Below are positions 1 through 8,359 of a DNA stretch of 43,254 nt, in pieces (position 1 is the stretch's first letter; each line of letters opens with the position of its first letter). The notes beneath the pieces were generated by a model. It searched no databases. It was not told where the DNA came from and saw nothing but the letters and a program-made list of their open reading frames with translations. Position numbers and translations under genes: made by a program. The DNA lies in contig JANWKM010000033.1 of the NCBI GenBank assembly GCA_025451395.1, positions 1 to 43,254 on the forward strand. Reading direction: 5' to 3'. Origin of the DNA: Ilumatobacteraceae bacterium. GTDB lineage: Bacteria > Actinomycetota > Acidimicrobiia > Acidimicrobiales > Ilumatobacteraceae.

Positions 1-353
1 GCGAGGTCGTTATCGGCGTGCAGCAACGGCAAGCCACATCGCTGAGTCATGGCGGCGATCAAACAATCGACGAGTCCTCGCGGTGTCAGACCTACCGTAC
101 GACAGCGCAGGTGGATGTCGACGGCCGCGTCGAAGTCGTCGCGCGGGTGGATCAACTCAATCTCTAGACCGTCGAGCAATCGGCGTAGTTCGCCGAGTTC
201 AACGTTGGAGCGGGCACCAACCAGGAGTTCCGCCTTCACCGGTTCGGGCAGCGTCACTGCACCGGCAGCGACGTTTGCGCGCAGGGCGAGGTGCACCGGC
301 GAACCGGTAGCACGCAGGTATTCGATCCAAGCCGAGGTGTCAGCGACCAGCAC
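1..353 (-). CDS. vapC: PIN-domain toxin VapC. The gene is partial because its C-terminus runs off the window edge.
   Basis: This gene is absent from the ORF track because no stop codon falls in the window. My reverse-strand translation from GTG 353-351 reads VLVADTSAWIEYLRATGSPVHLALRANVAAGAVTLPEPVKAELLVGARSNVELGELRRLLDGLEIELIHPRDDFDAAVDIHLRCRTVGLTPRGLVDCLIAAMTQRCGLPLLHADNDL. This has the PIN layout, with an N-terminal D-T-S and spaced acidic residues. The start overlaps the stop of the upstream antitoxin gene by 14 nt. Confidence 0.8.
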   Translation of the reverse strand, partial: MLVADTSAWIEYLRATGSPVHLALRANVAAGAVTLPEPVKAELLVGARSNVELGELRRLLDGLEIELIHPRDDFDAAVDIHLRCRTVGLTPRGLVDCLIAAMTQRCGLPLLHADNDL

Positions 354-567
354 GTGTATCGCGAATCATGCCGTCGGGGTGATTGAAGTCCTCGTCGGGA
401 CGGTCCGCCCATATCCCCTGCATGGCCAACTGCTCTTCGACGGTCATTGGTTCAACGGCCAGTTTTCGTAACGCCAGGTTGATGGCATCGCGCTTGGTCT
501 CGAGTTGGTACATGCGCATAACTCGTTCGCAAGCTTCGTCGTCAATATCGACATTGGTGCGTGACAT
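340..567 (-). CDS. vapB: Type II antitoxin, VapB-like.
   Basis: MSRTNVDIDDEACERVMRMYQLETKRDAINLALRKL is the typical N-terminus of VapB-type antitoxins. The gene sits immediately upstream of the PIN gene and overlaps it. I prefer the ATG at 567 (preceded by AGGTG) over the ORF-track start at 585. Confidence 0.75.
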   Translation of the reverse strand: MSRTNVDIDDEACERVMRMYQLETKRDAINLALRKLAVEPMTVEEQLAMQGIWADRPDEDFNHPDGMIRDTRAGR

Positions 568-620
568 ACACCTAGCGTACACCAACAGCCGTTGGACGGA
601 AACTGCGTATTGTCGGGCGC

Positions 621-1811
621 ATGCGCACCGGAATGCTGCCCGACCTCGCGCAACGTGCGGCTGGACTTGTCGATGACGGTCTGTTCAAAACTGAGCGAGT
701 CATTGCCACGGGGCAATCGGCAAGCATTGTCCTCGCCGATGGAAGCTCGGTTCTCAACCTATGCGCCAACAACTACCTCGGCTTCGCCGACCATCCCGAG
801 CTGCTTGAGGTAGCGCACGATGCGCTCGACGAATTCGGGTACGGCATGGCCTCCGTGAGATTCATCTGCGGAACGCAAACAACGCACAAGGACCTCGAAT
901 TCGTTCTCAGCAGCTTCCTTGGAACTGACGACACGATTCTCTACTCGTCGTGTTTCGACGCCAACGGCGGCCTGTTCGAGACGATTCTCGACGAACAGGA
1001 TTGCGTGATCTCCGACAGCCTCAACCATGCCTCCATCATCGATGGCATTCGGTTGAGCAAAGCGCAGCGCATGCGCTACGACAACAACGACATGGCGCAA
1101 CTCGAGCAATGCCTGCGTGACGCTGCTTCGGCGCGCTACCGGTTGATCGCCACCGACGGGGTCTTCTCGATGGACGGTGTCATCGCCAACCTTTCCGGAA
1201 TCTGTGACCTCGCCGAGAAGTACGACGCGATGGTGATGGTCGTCGACTCGCATGCTGTTGGTTTCGTCGGTGAGCATGGTCGGGGTACGCCCGAACACTG
1301 TGGCGTGACCGGGCGCGTCGACATCATCACCGGCACCTTGGGGAAGGCCCTTGGCGGAGCGAGCGGCGGCTACACCAGTGGTCCCAAGGAGATCATCGAT
1401 TGGCTGCGGCAGCGGTCGCGGCCGTATCTCTTCAGTAACTCGCTCGCACCCGCGATTGCTGCGACCTCGATTCGGGCGCTCGCTCTCGCCGGTGCGGGCG
1501 TCGCCTTGCGACGGAAACTGCGCCGCAATTCGGAACGGTTTCGGTTGGGAATGATCACGGCTGGCTTCACGCTGGCCGGCGCTGACCATCCGATCATTCC
1601 GGTGATGATCGGCGATGCCAAGGTGGCCGGCGAAATGGCTTCGCGTTTGTTGGACATCGGAGTGTTCGTGACGTCGTTCAGTTATCCCGTCGTGCCACAC
1701 GGCAAGGCACGCATCCGCACCCAAATGTCGGCAATTCACTCTGACGACGACATCGACCGGGCCGTGGCCGCGTTTAGACAGGTCGGCAAGGAAATGGGAG
1801 TAGTGCCGTGA
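621..1811 (+). CDS. kbl: 2-amino-3-ketobutyrate CoA ligase (glycine C-acetyltransferase).
   Basis: The product is 396 aa. The class II PLP enzyme pattern is present ([33 protein letters not shown]). The gene overlaps the downstream tdh at a GTGA. Confidence 0.9.
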   Translation: MRTGMLPDLAQRAAGLVDDGLFKTERVIATGQSASIVLADGSSVLNLCANNYLGFADHPELLEVAHDALDEFGYGMASVRFICGTQTTHKDLEFVLSSFLGTDDTILYSSCFDANGGLFETILDEQDCVISDSLNHASIIDGIRLSKAQRMRYDNNDMAQLEQCLRDAASARYRLIATDGVFSMDGVIANLSGICDLAEKYDAMVMVVDSHAVGFVGEHGRGTPEHCGVTGRVDIITGTLGKALGGASGGYTSGPKEIIDWLRQRSRPYLFSNSLAPAIAATSIRALALAGAGVALRRKLRRNSERFRLGMITAGFTLAGADHPIIPVMIGDAKVAGEMASRLLDIGVFVTSFSYPVVPHGKARIRTQMSAIHSDDDIDRAVAAFRQVGKEMGVVP

Positions 1812-2830
1812 AGGCACTGGTGAAGGCGAAGAAGGAACCAGGGCTCTGGATGGAAGACGTCCCCAAGCCGGCAGCGGGTGAGGGCGAGGTATTGATCCGG
1901 GTGCGCAAGACATCAATCTGTGGCACCGATCTGCACATCCATCACTGGGACGCATGGGCGCAAGCAACGATCCCCGTGCCGATGGTGGTCGGTCACGAAT
2001 TCATGGGCGAGATTGCCGCACTCGGCGCGGGCGTAAAGGGGCTCGAGGTTGGCCAGCGCGTCGCCGGCGAAGGCCACATCACATGTGGCCATTGTCGCAA
2101 CTGCAAGGGCGGTCGCCGCGAGTTCTGCCACAACCACACCGGCGTCGGCGTGACGCGCCCAGGCGCGTTTGCTGAATACGTTGTCATTCCCGCGCAGAAC
2201 GTTTTCGTTGTGCCGCCGCACATCAGCGACGACGTGGCGGCCGTGCTCGATCCACTGGGCAACGCCACCCATACGGCGCTGCGATTCGACGTGGTCGGCG
2301 AAGACGTATTGATCACCGGCGCCGGCCCGATCGGCGTGCTGGCCGCGGCCATCGTTCGCCACGTTGGTGCTCGCCATGTGGTGGTGACCGACATCAACCC
2401 GTATCGACTAGCTATGGCCACGACGCATGGGGCGAGTCGTGTGGTCGACGTGCGCAGCGAGCAACTCGCACCGGTGATGGCGGAACTGGGAATGACTGAA
2501 GGGTTCGATGTCGGCCTGGAGATGTCAGGTGCCGAAAGTGCCTTCAATCAGATGCTGGATGCCATGAACCACGGCGGACGCATCGCCGTGCTGGGTATCC
2601 CGGCCGGGCCGATGACGCTCGACGTCAACGACGTGATCTTCAAGGGGCTCGAGATCCAGGGCATCTACGGCCGGCGGATCTTCGAGACCTGGTACAAGAT
2701 GGCGGCGATGCTGCAGAGCGGCCTCGACGTCGCCGGCATTGTGACCCACCGCCTCCCCGCTGACAAATTCGAGGAAGCGTTCGCCATCGTCGAAAAAGGC
2801 GAGTGCGGCAAGGTCATCCTCGACTGGTAG
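1808..2830 (+). CDS. tdh: L-threonine 3-dehydrogenase (Zn-dependent alcohol dehydrogenase family).
   Basis: The product is 340 aa, starting [21 protein letters not shown] and containing [12 protein letters not shown] and GHEFMGE. This is the classic kbl-tdh pairing, with a 4-nt overlap. Confidence 0.9.
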   Translation: MKALVKAKKEPGLWMEDVPKPAAGEGEVLIRVRKTSICGTDLHIHHWDAWAQATIPVPMVVGHEFMGEIAALGAGVKGLEVGQRVAGEGHITCGHCRNCKGGRREFCHNHTGVGVTRPGAFAEYVVIPAQNVFVVPPHISDDVAAVLDPLGNATHTALRFDVVGEDVLITGAGPIGVLAAAIVRHVGARHVVVTDINPYRLAMATTHGASRVVDVRSEQLAPVMAELGMTEGFDVGLEMSGAESAFNQMLDAMNHGGRIAVLGIPAGPMTLDVNDVIFKGLEIQGIYGRRIFETWYKMAAMLQSGLDVAGIVTHRLPADKFEEAFAIVEKGECGKVILDW

Positions 2831-2848
2831 ACGGGGGTTTGGCTAAAA

Positions 2849-2869
2849 CGTGAGTCAATCCGACTCAAG
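2849..2869. promoter_or_regulatory. HspR operator (HAIR inverted repeat) upstream of dnaK.
   Basis: The sequence cgTGAGT-caatccg-ACTCAAG matches the HAIR consensus CTTGAGT-N7-ACTCAAG. It lies about 95 nt upstream of the dnaK ATG, and hspR is the last gene of the operon. Confidence 0.7.
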
Positions 2870-2912
2870 TTTTCTGTTGGTTTGGTTGTTGGCCGTCCGT
2901 GGGCACCATAGG

Positions 2913-2933
2913 CTTGCGTGTACATCGCTCAAC
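2913..2933. promoter_or_regulatory. Second, degenerate HAIR-like inverted repeat.
   Basis: CTTGcGT-gtacatc-gCTCAAc has the same 7-N7-7 geometry with 3 mismatches to the consensus. It ends 29 nt upstream of the dnaK start. Confidence 0.4.
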
Positions 2934-2961
2934 ATCTCAAGGAAAAAGGGAGCTTCACACC

Positions 2962-4827
<1,866 letters not shown>

Positions 4828-4835
4828 GGCCCCTG

Positions 4836-5366
4836 ATGACCGACGAAGCAGACGAAGCGGAAGCAGACGAAGCAGCCGTTGACGAAATCGCTGTAACCGA
4901 GGCCGAAGTAGCTGTCGAAGACGACCGTGTAGTTAACGACTTAGCGAAGCTGCAATCAGAGCGTGACTCCTACAAGGACATCACGCTCCGACTGCAGGCC
5001 GACTTCGACAACTACCGCAAACGCGTCGGGACACAATTGGCCGATGAGGTGCAGCGCGCCACAGGCAGGATCGCTGAAGCGCTGCTGCCGGTGCTCGACG
5101 CGTGCGAAGCAGCGTTCCTCCAGCACCCGGCGGAAGTGGAGCCGATCTTCAATAGCCTGCTCGGCGAATTGCGCAAGCTCGGCCTGGAGGCGATGAACCT
5201 CCACGAGAAGCCGTTCGATCCCGCTCTCGCCGAGGCAGTTGAGCACGAGGCTGCCGTTGAAGGGAATGATGATGCTCGCGGGCCGATCGTGACGGAAGTG
5301 CTGCGTAGCGGCTACATGTGGAACGGACGCGTGTTGCGCCCCGCCATGGTGAAAGTGCGGGGCTGA
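4836..5366 (+). CDS. grpE: Nucleotide exchange factor GrpE.
   Basis: The product is 176 aa with an acidic N-terminus followed by LRLQADFDNYRKRV. The gene lies between dnaK and dnaJ. Confidence 0.9.
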   Translation: MTDEADEAEADEAAVDEIAVTEAEVAVEDDRVVNDLAKLQSERDSYKDITLRLQADFDNYRKRVGTQLADEVQRATGRIAEALLPVLDACEAAFLQHPAEVEPIFNSLLGELRKLGLEAMNLHEKPFDPALAEAVEHEAAVEGNDDARGPIVTEVLRSGYMWNGRVLRPAMVKVRG

Positions 5367-5372
5367 TCGCCC

Positions 5373-6488
5373 ATGGCCGCTCAGCGCGAGTGGTACGAAA
5401 AGGACTACTACAAGATCCTCGGCGTAAAAGACACGGCCGACGCGAAGACGATCACGAAGGCGTACCGCAAGCTCGCCCGTGAAAGTCATCCCGACGCGCA
5501 TCCCGGTGATGCCAAGGCTGAGGACCGTTTCAAGGAAGTCAGCGCCGCGTACGACGTCCTGGGCGACGAAGCCAAGCGCAAGGAATACGACGAGATACGC
5601 AGCCTCGGTCCCGCCGACTTCGGTCGCCCAGGTGGCGCGCCTGGCGGATTCAACTTCAACGTCGGTACCGACGGGTTCGGTGACATCTTCGGTCAAGTGT
5701 TCAACAGTCGTCGCCGCGGTGGCGGAGCATCGTCGGCAGCCGGTCCACAACGGGGAGCCGACGTTGAAGCAACCCTGACGCTGGACTTCGTCGACGCGGC
5801 GAAGGGACTGACCACGACGTTGCACCTCACCAGCGACACGCAGTGCTCGACGTGCGGCGGCAGCGGTGCCAAGCCGGGTACACAACCAAAGGTGTGCTCG
5901 CAGTGTGGTGGCCGCGGAGTCGTCAACGACAATCAAGGTCTGTTCTCGCTGTCGTCGACATGCCGCGTCTGTGGCGGAGCGGGAGTGATCATCGAAGAAC
6001 GCTGCCCAACGTGCAGCGGATCCGGCGTCGAGCGCCGCCCGCGCGACGTGCAGGCTCGCATTCCTGCCGGCGTAGCCGATGGTCAGCGCATTCGACTGAA
6101 GGGTCGTGGTGGTCCCGGTCGCAATGGTGGCCCCGCCGGCGATCTGATCGTCGAATGCAATGTCATGCCACACCCATTGTTTGCGCGCGACGGCAATCAC
6201 CTGACAGTGCATGTACCGGTCACTTTCCCGCAGGCGGCCCTGGGCGGCGACATCGACGTGCCGACGCTCGACGGCCCGACGGTGAAGCTGCGGCTGCGAC
6301 CCGGCACACAGTCGGGGAGTCGCCACCGTGTCAAGGGCAAGGGACTGGCAACGGCCAAGGGTGCCGGCGACCTGATCGTGACTGTTGACGTGCACGTTCC
6401 CACGCACCTCACCGACGAGCAGCGTGTAGCCCTCGAGGCATTCGTGACGGCGAGTACCGTTACAAGTGGGAAGGGAACGAAGGACTGA
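5373..6488 (+). CDS. dnaJ: Co-chaperone DnaJ.
   Basis: The J domain is present (DYYKILGV ... HPD). Four CxxCxGxG zinc-finger repeats are present (CSTCGGSG, CSQCGGRG, CRVCGGAG, CPTCSGSG). Confidence 0.95.
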   Translation: MAAQREWYEKDYYKILGVKDTADAKTITKAYRKLARESHPDAHPGDAKAEDRFKEVSAAYDVLGDEAKRKEYDEIRSLGPADFGRPGGAPGGFNFNVGTDGFGDIFGQVFNSRRRGGGASSAAGPQRGADVEATLTLDFVDAAKGLTTTLHLTSDTQCSTCGGSGAKPGTQPKVCSQCGGRGVVNDNQGLFSLSSTCRVCGGAGVIIEERCPTCSGSGVERRPRDVQARIPAGVADGQRIRLKGRGGPGRNGGPAGDLIVECNVMPHPLFARDGNHLTVHVPVTFPQAALGGDIDVPTLDGPTVKLRLRPGTQSGSRHRVKGKGLATAKGAGDLIVTVDVHVPTHLTDEQRVALEAFVTASTVTSGKGTKD

Positions 6489-6491
6489 TCG

Positions 6492-6872
6492 ATGCGATCA
6501 CAAGAGCACGCCGTATACGTCATTTCCGTCGCTGCCGAATTGGCCGGCATGCACCCGCAAACATTGCGCATCTACGAGCGCCGGGGTCTTGTGCAGCCGG
6601 CACGAACGCAAGGTGGTAATCGGCGCTACAGCGATGTCGACATTGCGCGGTTGCACCGCATCAGCGAACTCGCTGCCGAAGGAATGAATCTGGAGGGCAT
6701 CCGGCGTGTGATGGCGCTCGAGCTCGAGGTCGAACGCCTTGGCGCCGAGAACGATAAGTTGCGCACCGTGGCCGCGAACGCGATCGCCGAAGCCGCACGC
6801 CGCGCGCCACGTCGCGACTTGGTGCCGCTGAATCAGGACGTCACCGTATTCGGAGTACAGCGCAAGACATGA
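6492..6872 (+). CDS. hspR: MerR-family heat-shock repressor HspR.
   Basis: YVISVAAELAGMHPQTLRIYERRGLVQPARTQGGNRRYS is a MerR-type helix-turn-helix. The gene is last in the dnaK operon, and HAIR sites lie upstream of dnaK. Confidence 0.85.
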   Translation: MRSQEHAVYVISVAAELAGMHPQTLRIYERRGLVQPARTQGGNRRYSDVDIARLHRISELAAEGMNLEGIRRVMALELEVERLGAENDKLRTVAANAIAEAARRAPRRDLVPLNQDVTVFGVQRKT

Positions 6873-7261
6873 GCAGCCTTCGCGGACAACTACGCCAGGT
6901 GAGCCAGCCCGCCGACGATCTCGACCGTGCAATCGCCTTTTACCGCGACGTTCTCGGTCTCAAACTCATCGCCAGGTTCGGCGATCTCTCGTTCTTCGAT
7001 CTGGATGGCACGCGCCTACTTCTCGAAAAGCGTGTTGGCAATGGAGGAAGCTCGGTTCTCTACTTCGGCGTCTCAGACCTCGACAACGCGTGGCGCGAGC
7101 TCACCGAGCGCGGAGTGAGCTTTATCGAAGGGCCGCACACCATCTTCACCGACGCCGAGGGCACCTTTGGGCCGGTGGGAGAGGACGAGCGGATGGCGTT
7201 CTTCCACGACACCGAAGGAAACGTGCTCGCGCTGTCCAGTCGCGAGCCGAGGCGCCCTTAA
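6869..7261 (+). CDS. VOC (glyoxalase/bleomycin-resistance/dioxygenase) family protein.
   Basis: The product is 130 aa. AIAFYRDVLGLKL ... FFHDTEGNVLAL is the typical VOC beta-alpha-beta-beta-beta pattern. The start overlaps the hspR stop at ATGA. Confidence 0.7.
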   Translation: MSSLRGQLRQVSQPADDLDRAIAFYRDVLGLKLIARFGDLSFFDLDGTRLLLEKRVGNGGSSVLYFGVSDLDNAWRELTERGVSFIEGPHTIFTDAEGTFGPVGEDERMAFFHDTEGNVLALSSREPRRP

Positions 7262-7632
7262 GAGTCTGGTGTGTGGCACACAGCTTCGACGTTGTTGCCG
7301 TCGGGATCGCGTACAAACGCTCCGTAATACGTCGGGTGATACTCGGGCCACAGCCGCGCTTCGTGTAAGACCTCTGCACCAGCCGCTACTGCAGCGCTCT
7401 GGAACGCGCGCACCGTTGCACGATCCTTGGCTTCAAACGCAATATGCGATTCTCTGAAGCCCTCGCCGGAGTCGAACTTCCCGATCCAGAAGTCGGGCTT
7501 TGGAGGGATGCCGTAACCGATGGCAACACCAAAGTCCATGATCCGCTGCGCGCCCAGCGGTGCGAGTACCGCGTCGTAGAACGTGGTGCTGGCGGCGAGA
7601 TCGGCACACTGGATTCCTAGATGGTCGAGCAT
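7258..7632 (-). CDS. VOC/glyoxalase family protein.
   Basis: The product is 124 aa, with MLDHLGIQCADLAASTTFYDAVLAPLG and FVRDPDGNNVEAV. Its start lies 7 nt downstream of the SWIM gene stop on the same strand. Confidence 0.7.
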   Translation of the reverse strand: MLDHLGIQCADLAASTTFYDAVLAPLGAQRIMDFGVAIGYGIPPKPDFWIGKFDSGEGFRESHIAFEAKDRATVRAFQSAAVAAGAEVLHEARLWPEYHPTYYGAFVRDPDGNNVEAVCHTPDS

Positions 7633-7639
7633 GACCGCA

Positions 7640-8359
7640 TCATTTCACGAGTTCGTCGAGCGCCGATTGCACCCAGCTGCCGAGGTCGATGGTGCCAAGC
7701 ATCGACCGCCGCACCGGTACTTGTTTGCGTTCGATAGGCGGCGGTGTCGGAAGCGGCAACGCACCCAGGAATTGCCGCCATTCGTCTGTGGCCCATGGGT
7801 CGTTGGCTGCCGGCTCTGGTTCACGCGACCGCGAATGCGCCAACCGCAAGTGCCGCTCACTGCCGCGCAGCGCACGCGACCCGACGGAAGCGCGCTCGAC
7901 GGCGCTATCGCTCTCCGGCGATGCCGCACACCGCCACTCGAGCAGTAGTTCCGGCCGCGCGACCAACTCGGCCGCGAACGAAAGAAGTGCGGCGACAGCG
8001 TGCTTGCACGGATCGTCCCAATCCGGGCACGTGCAGCTGACGATCATCTCGCCACCCTCGGGAGTCAGACGCGTCAATTGCGTGCGGAGCGATTCGATCG
8101 GGCCGGGTGGACGCGGCACCATTCCCACCGCTGCCACCACCTGGTACGGCTCGTCGCGACTGCCCACGACCGTTGCGATCAGCTGACCCGGTGAGAGTTC
8201 GAGACGTGTCACGGCACCCTCGGCGACATACAGCTTGCCGCGTCGAAATCGTGGCGGGTCGGCCATGCCGGCGACCGCAACCGACAACAGCGTGCTGGCG
8301 AGTCGACCAACTGGATGCGGATCGCCGCTGAACTGACCGGGCAACAAGACGATGCTCAT
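7640..8359 (-). CDS. SWIM zinc-finger domain protein.
   Basis: CTCPDWDDPCKH matches the SWIM signature CxCxnCxH. I place the start at the MSIVLL ATG (8359-8357). It shares one base with the TGA of the upstream SNF2 gene (TGATG). The longer ORF-track version (to 8608) would lie inside the helicase gene. Confidence 0.75.
   Translation of the reverse strand: MSIVLLPGQFSGDPHPVGRLASTLLSVAVAGMADPPRFRRGKLYVAEGAVTRLELSPGQLIATVVGSRDEPYQVVAAVGMVPRPPGPIESLRTQLTRLTPEGGEMIVSCTCPDWDDPCKHAVAALLSFAAELVARPELLLEWRCAASPESDSAVERASVGSRALRGSERHLRLAHSRSREPEPAANDPWATDEWRQFLGALPLPTPPPIERKQVPVRRSMLGTIDLGSWVQSALDELVK

Noticed and set aside
759-1967. Long antisense or overlapping ORFs in the six-frame track. Examples are 759-1967 (-), 2986-3888 (-), 4956-6407 (-), 15288-16298 (+), 24377-25006 (-), 26524-27477 (-), 37170-38171 (+) and 37390-38208 (-).
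   Set aside because: They lie opposite or out of frame to genes with unmistakable family signatures (kbl, dnaK, dnaJ, GGDEF/EAL and others). Their translations are Arg/Ala/Gly/Pro-rich, as expected for non-coding frames of GC-rich DNA. No motifs are recognisable.
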